A DNA stretch of 64,000 nucleotides from a virus (Duplodnaviria; Heunggongvirae; Uroviricota; Caudoviricetes). The DNA lies in the IMG/VR virus record IMGVR_UViG_3300025162_000035, one strand, 5' to 3'. Under the pieces are notes generated by a model that did no database searches, was not told the DNA's origin, and saw only the letters and a program-made list of their open reading frames with translations. The position numbers were made by a program, and so were the translations under genes. Below, piece by piece: positions 1-9,432 of the stretch (positions are counted from its first letter, which is position 1; every line of letters starts with the position of its first letter).

Positions 1-50
1 AATTTGAAACAATTTCAAAAACTTATGATATATTAGAAGATAGCTGTATC

Positions 51-413
51 ATGAGGGAAGTCAATATTCAAAAAATGCTTGATTCTGTATATCCAGTAAT
101 TAATGAAGACCCAAAATTATTGGATTGCTACATTTTTAAGAATGGTAAATGCAATATTAATAAACTTACAAATCAGGTAAATGATATTTTAGATGATATT
201 TTTGATGACGGTGGGTGTGTAATCCTTGCAAGTGATGTGGATGAATATTGTAAAAATCCTAAATCCAGAACAGGCTTAGAAATACCAATATCAAGAATAA
301 ATAGGAAAAACAAAAATTTACTTACAGTGTCTTTAAGTGGGTACGGTAATGAACCATATATAATTGAAGATAAATATTACTCAGATGAATTTGGACTTGA
401 GTTTAAAAAATAA
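51..413 (+). CDS. hypothetical protein (120 aa)
   Basis: ORF track; codon usage matches neighbours; no recognisable motif. Confidence 0.4.
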   Translation: MREVNIQKMLDSVYPVINEDPKLLDCYIFKNGKCNINKLTNQVNDILDDIFDDGGCVILASDVDEYCKNPKSRTGLEIPISRINRKNKNLLTVSLSGYGNEPYIIEDKYYSDEFGLEFKK

Positions 414-421
414 ATAAAATT

Positions 422-1741
422 ATGCAATCAATTAATTTAGGAAGAAAGTTTTTAAATTGTTATAATAGAAAACACAAAACAAATTATACCGCCAAAGAAT
501 TTTTGGATAATATCGGATATGATCTTTTTTATGGCATAGGTGATGTTGCTGGTAAAAAATCATTTGTACATATAATAAATTCGCCATTCGCATATAAAAC
601 TAATTCTTTTGCTGAAGCAATGTCAAACTTTACAAATAAAATTGAAAGTGGTGTTAGGGATATGACAATTTGCCGTGAATTCCCAGCAGAGAGTGATTAT
701 CAAGCCACCGCATCTCAAGTAGATAGAACATGGATTTCTGCACTATCAGATAATGATGTATATCTGGGTGTAATTGGGGATAGCTTATTTGTCAAAGTTG
801 AAGGTGGGTACTCTGTTGCAATATATGATGAGGAAGTTCTTTATGATATTTTTCAAGGATGGATATATTATAGGAAAATGCTAAATGATAGCACTTATGA
901 TTTAAAGGGTAATCAATGTGAAACTTGGAATGGGGTGTGGCTGGTTTATTACTATGATAGCAAGCGTAAAATCAATGAGGATTCTGTTATTAATGATATA
1001 ATAAATGGTAGTATTAGTGTACCGACCGAGGAAAGTATTGAAAAATTGAAGAAAAAAGGAAGAAAAGAAGATCGAAGAGCCAGACTAAAAGATGTTAAAT
1101 GGTACACTCTTTTTTTATTAATGTCAAGAGTCTTAAATAACACTGAAATTAATATTAATGTTAAAGCTTTTGTTAAAACAAATAAATCATGTGGAAATAT
1201 AATTGTTGAATGTGATGATTTAAAATATGTTCATGATTTTTTATCGGCTGATTTTGAGGTTGATAACAAAAAAACAACTATTATTAAGATATTTAATGAT
1301 TGGGCACCTGAAACTTTTGGTAGTATAATTGATAAGTGTTATATTAGTAAAGAATGTTTTAAACCAAAAGATTTTGATGAAATCATTAGAAATTTAAGAA
1401 ATAGTAAAACTATTACTAAACCTAAAATTTCTAAAATAAAAAAATATATTCGCATGATACAGCAAACACCAGAGTTAGAAAAAATTATTCAAGACCTTTC
1501 AGATTATTTATCCAAATTTGCAAAATCAAATTTAAGAGATAGACCACGTGATATTAAAGATATAGTTAATTCAACCGATAAATCGGTATTTTACAAACGT
1601 ATATCAAATATTACAAAGAAATATGATGGTTTATTTGATTTAAAACAACTTACAGCTCATATATTAAAGTATAGTTCAGAAGATTATAAATCAGTTATAT
1701 TACCTCAATTAGTTATCAATTACTATTCAAATAAAAAATAA
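422..1741 (+). CDS. hypothetical Lys-rich protein (439 aa) next to the CRISPR-like array
   Basis: Long intact ORF packed 8 nt after the previous gene; no RuvC, HEPN or other nuclease motif recognised by eye. Confidence 0.5.
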   Translation: MQSINLGRKFLNCYNRKHKTNYTAKEFLDNIGYDLFYGIGDVAGKKSFVHIINSPFAYKTNSFAEAMSNFTNKIESGVRDMTICREFPAESDYQATASQVDRTWISALSDNDVYLGVIGDSLFVKVEGGYSVAIYDEEVLYDIFQGWIYYRKMLNDSTYDLKGNQCETWNGVWLVYYYDSKRKINEDSVINDIINGSISVPTEESIEKLKKKGRKEDRRARLKDVKWYTLFLLMSRVLNNTEININVKAFVKTNKSCGNIIVECDDLKYVHDFLSADFEVDNKKTTIIKIFNDWAPETFGSIIDKCYISKECFKPKDFDEIIRNLRNSKTITKPKISKIKKYIRMIQQTPELEKIIQDLSDYLSKFAKSNLRDRPRDIKDIVNSTDKSVFYKRISNITKKYDGLFDLKQLTAHILKYSSEDYKSVILPQLVINYYSNKK

Positions 1742-1770
1742 TTATTAATCAAAATCTAAATTAGAAAATT

Positions 1771-2949
1771 ATGAAAACCAAGAGAAGTTCAATTTATGTT
1801 AGAATTATTAGAAATTTTAGACAACCGACCGTATTATGTGTTGGTAAAAATGGTCAGAAAACCTATTGGCAAAATGGAAGGGAATTAGGTTATTCCTCAG
1901 CCCAGCAAGGTAGATATTCATTTATTGTAAAACTGTGTAAAGATTTTGGTGTGCCATTGGCAGATTTCGATTTTTACTATGATAAAGATAATAAGCAAGC
2001 GTCAAAAGGTATTTCTCTTGAAAATTTGGATCACATAGAAGCCTTGGTAAGAGGATATGCTGATATGGCACTATCTAAAAAAGTTAGAGAAAGCCCATTT
2101 AGTGTGTCAGCTATGACCCCAATTCATGAAAAATTGGCAGGGATAGGTTTTGATACAATTTCTGTCGGGAATGGGTTAAGAGAAAAACATGTTAATTTGA
2201 TTGTTAATAATTCAATCAACAATCCAACTTTAAAGAAAAAAAATGACGCTACCGAATCTGCCGACACTGATGGTGACCAAACAGAAACTTCAGTTCAGCC
2301 AGAAAAAGAAGAAAAATTAGATAAATGGTCATTAGCTACCCCAGAAGAAACAAATGCGTGGCTTGAAAATTACAAACTAACGGGTAAGGACCCAACAGCT
2401 CCAACATTAGCCACAAACGATAAGAAAGTTCTTTATGGCACATATGATAGATTCATGTCTATTGATCTAACAAGGCTTTTCATGTACAATAATGACAATA
2501 GGTTAAAAAAGGAGATTGATAGCATTGATGAAGCTAAATTAATTGAAAAGGGATGGATTCCAATAGAAACAAAATTGTATGGTAAATGCTTAATTGCCCC
2601 ACAAACTTATCGTGATTTATTAATGCAATCTATTGCTGATAGTGCAGTTACGAATGAGATCACATCAAATCAATCATCAAATTTAGCTTCTGATGAAATC
2701 ATAGCGATTATTGTTTCTGATGATGCAAGTAATCTTGGTTATGCCGCTTATGTTTCAGAAACAGACAATGGTGTAGAGGTTATTTTCGATGAAACTATTG
2801 AAAATACAAAAGTTTTCTTAACCCCACATGCGTTATCTCATAAGTATTACACTGGGTTTGATAGAACACACGCAAATTTTGCAAATCGGAATAATGCTAT
2901 TGATTATATCGAACAGGAATTAAGAAATTTTGATTATGAAGGTATATAA
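1771..2949 (+). CDS. hypothetical protein (392 aa) with an acidic central linker, directly upstream of the CRISPR leader
   Basis: Long ORF; ends just before the AT-rich leader of the array; function unknown. Confidence 0.5.
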   Translation: MKTKRSSIYVRIIRNFRQPTVLCVGKNGQKTYWQNGRELGYSSAQQGRYSFIVKLCKDFGVPLADFDFYYDKDNKQASKGISLENLDHIEALVRGYADMALSKKVRESPFSVSAMTPIHEKLAGIGFDTISVGNGLREKHVNLIVNNSINNPTLKKKNDATESADTDGDQTETSVQPEKEEKLDKWSLATPEETNAWLENYKLTGKDPTAPTLATNDKKVLYGTYDRFMSIDLTRLFMYNNDNRLKKEIDSIDEAKLIEKGWIPIETKLYGKCLIAPQTYRDLLMQSIADSAVTNEITSNQSSNLASDEIIAIIVSDDASNLGYAAYVSETDNGVEVIFDETIENTKVFLTPHALSHKYYTGFDRTHANFANRNNAIDYIEQELRNFDYEGI

Positions 2950-3016
2950 TCATTAATATTATCAATTTTTTTGTTCTTTGACATATTGTAAATATAAGTA
3001 TGATCCACTATTATAT
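2950..3016 (+). promoter_or_regulatory. AT-rich putative CRISPR leader
   Basis: Non-coding AT-rich stretch in front of the first repeat; the most intact repeats lie closest to this end. Confidence 0.35.
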
Positions 3017-4420
3017 ATTGTGGATACATACATTCTGTAAGGAAATAACAACTGCCCATTGTAATTGAAAGCAAGCTGTTCAAATTGTGGATACATACAT
3101 TCTGTAAGGAAATAACAACCGAGCATTAAATGACGTTTATTTGTTGGAAATTGTGGATACATAAAATAACAACTATACCAAAGTGTTTCTTTTGGTTGTT
3201 CTTATTGTGGATACATACATTCTGTAAGGAAATAACAACATTGATTATACACCCCCCGCTGGGCGACAACATTGTGGATACATACATTCTGTAAGGAAAT
3301 AACAACAACCCCAAGATGAAGAATAGAGTTTCAGTATGTGGATACATACATTCTGTAAGGAAATAACAACAGCTTTGATAATTCACGGATCACCAACAAG
3401 ATTGTGATTCACGGATCACCAACAAGATTGTGGATATTGTGGATACATACATTCTGTAAGGAAATAACAACTTAGATCGGTTTTCACGAGAAGGTGTGTT
3501 GGATTATGATTTGGATAACTCTGAATATTGCAGCCTAATTGTGGATAAACTGCGCTGCATTCTGTAAGGAAATAACAACTCCCCTGCTTTTATGGGCACA
3601 TTTGAACCATTGTGGATACATACATTCTGCAAGGAAATAACAACAATGTGCAACGGTTTGAATTCTGTACCATAATTGTGGATACATACATTCTGTAAGG
3701 AAATAACAACATAAGGTAGTCGAGATAGTAAGAATAATAGATTACATTCTGTAAGGAAATAACAACTACTGGGTAATGAATACTCCGCCTATGCGTATTG
3801 TGGATACATACATTCTGTAAGGAAATAACAACTCTGCATTAAGTTGGGTCTGCCTTCTACGATGTGAATACATATTCTGTAAGGAAATAACAACAAGAAG
3901 TATGGTATATCTACTGTTACCATCATTGTGGAACATACATTCTGTAAGGAAATAACAACTTTACGTTCAGCATTCATATTTATTGTTTTTATTGTGGATA
4001 TTCTGTAAGGAAATAACAACATGCGATATCGGCAGTTACACTGGTTCGTTACCAATATTTGAATACATTCTGTAAGGAAATAATAATCAGGTTGCAAAGT
4101 TATTTTTAGTAGCATTGGACACATTCTGTAAGGAAATAACAATTATTGACAAACAAATCCACGTGCACCAGATAACATTCTGTAAGGAAATAACAACAGC
4201 CTATACGATATGGAGTTGGACAACACATACATTCTGTAAGGAAATAACAACTGCTTGTGCCAGTGGAATTCACCTCTATGATTGTGGATACATTCTGTAA
4301 GGAAATAACAACGAAAGATATGTTCCGATATCCACCAGTTTCAATATTCTGTAAGGAAATAACAACCTGTTCGCATAACTTCACAACAATTGTGGGTATA
4401 CATAACATTCTGTAAGGAAA
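3017..4420 (+). CRISPR. CRISPR array, about 22 repeat units; 36-nt consensus ATTGTGGATACATACATTCTGTAAGGAAATAACAAC; spacers mostly 29-31 nt
   Basis: Near-perfect 36-nt repeats at 3017, 3084, 3204, 3271, 3336, 3436, 3609, 3675 and 3797. The distal units carry variable deletions of the 5' part but always keep the 3' 21 nt ATTCTGTAAGGAAATAACAAC. All spacers are unique and GC-richer than the genome. Confidence 0.7.
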
Positions 4421-4452
4421 TTTTTTTATCCGAATATTGTTTATATATTTGT
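4420..4452 (+). promoter_or_regulatory. promoter-like element (T-tract plus extended -10 'TTGTTTATATATTTG') for gene 4472
   Basis: Matches the motif that recurs upstream of at least 12 other genes; lies 20 nt before the ATG. Confidence 0.45.
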
Positions 4453-4471
4453 AACCTAAATCAAATATAAT

Positions 4472-4825
4472 ATGAGACTTACATCGGAAAATAAAGTTGC
4501 AATTGATAAGATAAAATCTCTTTATGCGGAAATCAGCAAGATTAAGGCTAACCTTATCAATGATTGCAAACTTCAGGTTGGCGATACAGTCGAAGTTACA
4601 TTTGAAATGTGGGATAAAAATTTCAAACTTGATTTAGAATCTCTATCCAAAGCATCCCAATCAAAAGTTATAATGTCCAGAAAAGCATATGTTCAGAAGG
4701 TTGACGTTGATGATGATGGTCGGTTCAATGTAACATTTCAGAAGATCAAGCAGAACGGTGAACTTTCATCACAGATCGATTCTTTTCAGGATGTTATCAA
4801 AGTCATATCAATTAAAAAAGTGTAA
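4472..4825 (+). CDS. hypothetical protein (117 aa)
   Basis: ORF track; promoter motif upstream. Confidence 0.5.
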   Translation: MRLTSENKVAIDKIKSLYAEISKIKANLINDCKLQVGDTVEVTFEMWDKNFKLDLESLSKASQSKVIMSRKAYVQKVDVDDDGRFNVTFQKIKQNGELSSQIDSFQDVIKVISIKKV

Positions 4826-4826
4826 T

Positions 4827-5057
4827 ATGGCAAAGAAAATCTTTAAGTTTGTCGGGAATGATACCATTCTTGTTGATATAACTACAAAGAAATCAGAAAT
4901 TCTGGAGTTTTTAAACCAGTTTTCAACTGATCATTTCGAAAAAACTTGTGCCGAGCCAGCAGCAGTTGCATTTGAAACATATTTAAAGTCCAATATATCA
5001 CAAGAACCTAAGTATTGGTATTTTGAAATTATTTACAGAGAATGGTTATCTAAATAA
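4827..5057 (+). CDS. hypothetical protein (76 aa; ATG at 4827, start MAKKIFKF)
   Basis: The track ORF 4758..5057 overlaps the previous gene, so the internal ATG 2 nt after that gene's stop is the more likely start. Confidence 0.4.
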   Translation: MAKKIFKFVGNDTILVDITTKKSEILEFLNQFSTDHFEKTCAEPAAVAFETYLKSNISQEPKYWYFEIIYREWLSK

Positions 5058-5064
5058 TAAAATT

Positions 5065-5414
5065 ATGGAAAATTCGAAACCTTATTACTTTATTAGCAAC
5101 ATCGACAATCAGGTTCATAAGACCACTGAGCTGGCTAATTGCAAAATAACACGGAAGCAGCACTCCACCAATGCGATTGGGGGTATTTTATTTTATCTAT
5201 TACACGTATGACCAGAGGAGAAATAATTATAAAAGAATTTATGACCAAACTCCCAAGGGGGTCTATGATTGGGCATCTTTTGCTAACCGAACCTTTAATA
5301 TTGAAAGCAATAAGGCAAAATTCTTTGGATTCGTGGCTTGAAGCATCTGGTGATCCTGATATTGAAGCTCAAACAAAAAAATTTAATAAATGGTATGACG
5401 AACTAATCAATTGA
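5065..5414 (+). pseudogene. possibly frameshifted gene (track ORFs 5023..5211 and 5139..5414 overlap in different frames)
   Basis: Two partially overlapping ORFs with the same GC-richer composition. Either an indel, a pseudogene or two small genes. Confidence 0.25.
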
Positions 5415-5440
5415 ATATTAACTTAACCCAATAAACTATT

Positions 5441-6736
5441 ATGGACTTTTTAAAAAACCTGTTTAATACTGGAAAGTATAAAACAAATTCCGAAGCGGTA
5501 ATAATTTCTTGTTATTTTAACCCGCAAAATTCACCCTACCGCCTGAAGGCGTTCAATATTTTCTATGATTCTATCAAACATTTGAATCATCGGATTATTG
5601 AATGTGTCATTGGCGATGCAAAACCTCAGCTTCCAGAAAATGAAAACATCAAGCGGGTGTATACTCAAAATCTTCTGTGGCATAAAGAAGCCCTGCTGAA
5701 CTTAATTGTTGCTGATCTTCCAAAGAAATTCAATTACGTTTTTTGGATTGATGCCGATGTCATTTTCACAAACAACAACTGGCTTGTTGAAGCATGTAAA
5801 GAGCTGGAGCTGCATTCAATTGTCCAGCCGTTTGAATACTGTATACATTTGGAACGGGATGAAGTTAAGCCGTCATTTGATTTGATGCCGCACAAACTGT
5901 CGTGCATGTCACCGAAATATACCAACAGGCGTGTCTGGAGAAGTTTTTGTGCAAATTTCCATGATGAAAATCTGGAAACAGATGTACAGAAAGACAATTA
6001 CAACATTCACGGTCATGTTGGATTTGCATGGGGTGCCAGAAGGGAAGTCCTTGACAAGGTTCCTTTGTACGATAAGGCACTTATTGGTGGTGCTGACCAC
6101 ATTATTGCCCATGCTGCCGCTGGTCAAATTCCCCATTCCTGTATTACAAAATCTTTCACCGATGATCTGGACAACGTTATGGCATGGTCGAGACGATTTT
6201 ATGCTGTCGTTGGGGAAAGTATCAGTTATGTCGAAGGTGACCTGTATCACATCTGGCATGGTGATATTGACAAGCGTCAATACCTGAAACGTATTCAGGA
6301 TTTTACTCCCAAGACAAAGCACCTGAGGAAGGACCCGACAGGACTTTATGTCACCCATGAAGGTGATGACGAGTATATGAAGAAATACTTCAGAACAAGG
6401 GAAGTTTCACCTGATGATGGATTCTTAACCTCCATGGCAATTGGCTATATGACCGACAGCACAGTCTTGGGAATGATGGGTGGAGGAAATCTAATGGGAG
6501 CTATGGTTGGCGACATGCTCAACAATTCTGATCAGGTTGACCAGCCGCAAAATTTTGGCGATGGTCAGATGGGTGGAGCTGGCTCAACTGTAACATGGAC
6601 GGATGATCCTAACACCCAGCAGCAAAACCAGCCGCAACAGGACATTCAACAGGATATGTCTGGTGCAGTAGTTGCTGAAGATATTTCTATCCCTGATGTT
6701 CCAAATTCTGAAGTGAACTCAGATACGTTTTCCTAA
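5441..6736 (+). CDS. putative glycosyltransferase (GT-A-like, DxD-type 'WIDADV') with a Q/N/G-rich low-complexity C-terminal tail
   Basis: Motif 'FWIDADVIF'; visibly higher GC than the flanks; tail MGGGNLMGAM...QQQNQPQQDIQQD. Confidence 0.35.
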   Translation: MDFLKNLFNTGKYKTNSEAVIISCYFNPQNSPYRLKAFNIFYDSIKHLNHRIIECVIGDAKPQLPENENIKRVYTQNLLWHKEALLNLIVADLPKKFNYVFWIDADVIFTNNNWLVEACKELELHSIVQPFEYCIHLERDEVKPSFDLMPHKLSCMSPKYTNRRVWRSFCANFHDENLETDVQKDNYNIHGHVGFAWGARREVLDKVPLYDKALIGGADHIIAHAAAGQIPHSCITKSFTDDLDNVMAWSRRFYAVVGESISYVEGDLYHIWHGDIDKRQYLKRIQDFTPKTKHLRKDPTGLYVTHEGDDEYMKKYFRTREVSPDDGFLTSMAIGYMTDSTVLGMMGGGNLMGAMVGDMLNNSDQVDQPQNFGDGQMGGAGSTVTWTDDPNTQQQNQPQQDIQQDMSGAVVAEDISIPDVPNSEVNSDTFS

Positions 6737-6863
6737 GCACCCAGAGCAGCACCCAGTACATTTAGATTTACCCTTGAACGTCTTTCTAATCTTGAAAAAG
6801 GTTATGAAAGACGTTCCTGTTATTATGAGGAATACAATAATATATTGGAAGATCATTTGTATA

Positions 6864-6900
6864 CATTTTTTTATTTGAATATTATTTATATATTTGCATG
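6864..6900 (+). promoter_or_regulatory. promoter-like element (T-tract plus 'TTTATATATTTGCATG')
   Basis: Same bipartite motif; 15 nt upstream of the ATG at 6915. Confidence 0.45.
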
Positions 6901-6914
6901 ATAAATCAATAAAT

Positions 6915-7118
6915 ATGAGTAGGATCGTTGATATTATTGCTGAGATGGAAAAAATGAAGGAACCAGTAATTGATTTTTGTATTGTTGAATTAGCCAGTGG
7001 TAGAATGACAATTCTTCAAATTCGAGAACTATTACATCCTATTGAAATTGATGATAAAATGTTACATACAATTAATACCAAGGTTAGAAAACTAAAATTA
7101 AATAAGATCGGAGGGTAA
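6915..7118 (+). CDS. small ORF (67 aa from ATG 6915) ending in the Lys-rich motif ...KVRKLKLNKIGG*; probably an N-terminal extension of MetRS
   Basis: C-terminal motif shared with at least 11 other small proteins; stop codon is preceded by GGAGGG; the MetRS frame opens at 7102, inside this ORF. Confidence 0.45.
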   Translation: MSRIVDIIAEMEKMKEPVIDFCIVELASGRMTILQIRELLHPIEIDDKMLHTINTKVRKLKLNKIGG

Positions 7119-8547
7119 CATCGAAAAGTTATTTATAACAACAACACTTCCATATAGTAACGGAGTGGCCCATGCGGGGCATTGTCTTGAATTTATATTA
7201 GCTGATTTTATTGCTCGATATAAGACTTCTGAAGGTTATGATGTATTTTTTAATGTCGGATTGGACGAGGCTGGTGCCAAAATTTCGGACGCTGCGTCAG
7301 CAGCCAATATACCAGTTGATGAATATTTAGAAGATTTGGCTATAAAATGGATTGAATTTTGCAAATTATTCAACATTTCATATACAAATTTCTATAGAAC
7401 AATATCAAAAGATCATCATGATAAAGTTCAATTATTTTGGGAAAGTTGTCTTTTAAATGGCGACTTATATAAGAAAGAATATACTGCAAAATATTGCACT
7501 GGATGTGAATCTTTCAAAACGGAAAAGGATTTAATAAATGGAAAGTGCCCAGAGCATACAAAATTGGAAATTTCCGAAATATCCGAAGAAAATTGGTTTT
7601 TCAGATTAACAAAGTATAAAGATGAAATTTATGATTTTGTTAAAAAGACTAACTTTTTAACTCCACACAATAAATTATACGAGTTACTTAATCAAATTTC
7701 TGGAGCTGAAGATATATCAGTATCAAGAGATAAGAGTCGTGTTTCATTAGGTGTAGATGTTCCAAACGATGACGGGCAAATAATATATGTGTGGTTTTCG
7801 GCACTTTTGAACTATATTATTGCTGCTGGCTGGGATGGCTCTGAAGATAAAACACTTTTCAATTCGTGGTGGAAAAATACCCTTCAGATTTGTGGTCCTG
7901 ATAATTTGAAATTTCAAGGGCTTATATTTCAGTCTTTGCTGGCATCCCAAAATATCTCATTCACCAAGAAGTTACTGGTTCATGGGACTATTACAGATTC
8001 CAACGGTAATAAAATGTCAAAGACAGAAGGTAATGTCATTGATCCAATATCCCAATTAAACAAATTTGGATTGGATGCTGTAAGGTATTACATTCTGGCT
8101 GGTCTCAATACAACCGCCAATAATAGTTGGAGTGAATTGGATTTGATTAATCTTTTCAATTCCGATGTTGTTGATGGGTTTGGTAATCTTATTGCCAGAA
8201 CACTTCATTTGATTGACATTAATAACGTTGAAGTTATTGAGCCAAGTGCGCTTTTTAAAGATTATATCGATGATATCTTAATTGATTCCAGAAAACAACT
8301 GGATAATTATGAAATTAAAGATGGTATAAAAACCGCCAATGAGGTTGTACGATATTGCAACACATATATTATTGAAAAAAAGCCTTGGTCTGATCCAGTC
8401 AATAGTGAAGAAGTTTTAAGCAACTTATATTATGCCCTGACCGCAATAGCTGACTTCTACCAGCCGATCTTCCCGAACAGGTACAAAGACATCACTGATG
8501 CATTAAAAGGCAAGAAAAAGGCTATTTTGTTCGCTAAAATTAAGTAA
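7102..8547 (+). CDS. metG: methionyl-tRNA synthetase (class I; core only, no C-terminal tRNA-binding domain); no ATG of its own
   Basis: KLFITTTLPYSNGVAHAGH (HIGH motif) and NKMSKT (KMSKS motif). The frame is open from 7102 but the first ATG/GTG codon is at 7165, after the Met-binding P-Y-x-N residues. Confidence 0.85.
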   Translation: MRSEGNIEKLFITTTLPYSNGVAHAGHCLEFILADFIARYKTSEGYDVFFNVGLDEAGAKISDAASAANIPVDEYLEDLAIKWIEFCKLFNISYTNFYRTISKDHHDKVQLFWESCLLNGDLYKKEYTAKYCTGCESFKTEKDLINGKCPEHTKLEISEISEENWFFRLTKYKDEIYDFVKKTNFLTPHNKLYELLNQISGAEDISVSRDKSRVSLGVDVPNDDGQIIYVWFSALLNYIIAAGWDGSEDKTLFNSWWKNTLQICGPDNLKFQGLIFQSLLASQNISFTKKLLVHGTITDSNGNKMSKTEGNVIDPISQLNKFGLDAVRYYILAGLNTTANNSWSELDLINLFNSDVVDGFGNLIARTLHLIDINNVEVIEPSALFKDYIDDILIDSRKQLDNYEIKDGIKTANEVVRYCNTYIIEKKPWSDPVNSEEVLSNLYYALTAIADFYQPIFPNRYKDITDALKGKKKAILFAKIK

Positions 8548-8549
8548 AT

Positions 8550-8816
8550 ATGTATATAAATGTAAAGCATAACATTGATTGGTGGGAAGGTGGAATTGAA
8601 ATTGATTACATAATAAGGGCATTTGCCAAAAAATTAGGAATGAAAGAGGGTAATTACAGTAAATATCAACCCCGTTATGAATGCCTTCAATACGAAGACA
8701 CGACAATGAAACAATTCAACACATTAAAAAGAAGATTGAATGCAAGTAAGAAATTAAAGGTGAGTAAAAAAGGTGTTGAAATTAAATTAATTGTAGAAGC
8801 TAATGATGTTCGCTAA
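8550..8816 (+). CDS. hypothetical protein (88 aa)
   Basis: ORF track; TAATG overlap with the next gene. Confidence 0.4.
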   Translation: MYINVKHNIDWWEGGIEIDYIIRAFAKKLGMKEGNYSKYQPRYECLQYEDTTMKQFNTLKRRLNASKKLKVSKKGVEIKLIVEANDVR

Positions 8817-9205
8817 TGACGAGAATTAATTGTAATATTCCAGTTGAGTCTTTAACTAATAAACATTTATTGGCGGAGCATCGTGAAATTAAAAGAATTT
8901 GTTTTAGGCTCGAAGTGCGTTTAAATCAGAATAAGTTTGATGATATTCCAGCACCATTTTTTGAAATCAAAAAAAATGGTGAAATTGCTTTTAAGGAATT
9001 ATTTTGGTTAGATAAAGGAAAATTTACTTTGGATCGATATAAGAAGATTCATGCTCTTTGCAAGCAAAAAGGGTTTGATGTATCCGATTATAGCAATAAC
9101 TGGGAAATATACAAAAGAAAGCCAGAATTCTTTAATGATTATACCCCAACGGATGAACAAAATAAAATGATATTGGATAGAATTAATCAAAGACTAAAAA
9201 AATGA
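8816..9205 (+). CDS. denV: pyrimidine-dimer DNA glycosylase / endonuclease V (T4 DenV family)
   Basis: N-terminus MTRINCNIPVESLTNKHLLAEHREIKRI closely matches T4 DenV [27 protein letters not shown]. Confidence 0.85.
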   Translation: MTRINCNIPVESLTNKHLLAEHREIKRICFRLEVRLNQNKFDDIPAPFFEIKKNGEIAFKELFWLDKGKFTLDRYKKIHALCKQKGFDVSDYSNNWEIYKRKPEFFNDYTPTDEQNKMILDRINQRLKK

Positions 9206-9432
9206 ACGATTCAAAATTTTTATTGAAGGTTATGATATTTATAACAAGTCTTGTTGCTATAAAAGACCTTTTTTTAACAACATGGTTTCTTGTAAAATTT
9301 TACAATGACCCCAAAGTTTTATATATAATTGTAGCCGCATGCTTTATGGGATTGAGCTTATTATTTCTCAACCTAAGAGCTAAAATGGTAAAAACAAGAG
9401 ATAAAATAGATGAAATCGAAAAGCGTTTATAA
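9202..9432 (+). CDS. small membrane protein (76 aa)
   Basis: Two hydrophobic helices; overlaps its neighbours by 4 nt. Confidence 0.4.
   Translation: MNDSKFLLKVMIFITSLVAIKDLFLTTWFLVKFYNDPKVLYIIVAACFMGLSLLFLNLRAKMVKTRDKIDEIEKRL

Noticed and set aside
422-2949. Assigning the 439-aa or 392-aa proteins as a Cas effector
   Set aside because: No RuvC, HEPN, zinc-finger or Cas6-like motifs could be recognised by eye. They are kept only as candidates in the CRISPR finding.
3126-4408. Track ORFs 2962..3162, 3126..3386, 3789..4142, 4106..4408 (-) and 4115..4300 (+) inside the repeat array
   Set aside because: Their sequences are dominated by translations of the 36-nt CRISPR repeat (…LFPYRMYVST…, …CYFLTECM…), so they are spurious.
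5734-6358. Minus- and plus-strand ORFs nested in the glycosyltransferase gene (5734..5997, 5865..6080, 5909..6358, 5931..6287)
   Set aside because: They are entirely internal to a longer, motif-bearing ORF in a GC-richer region where random ORFs are frequent.
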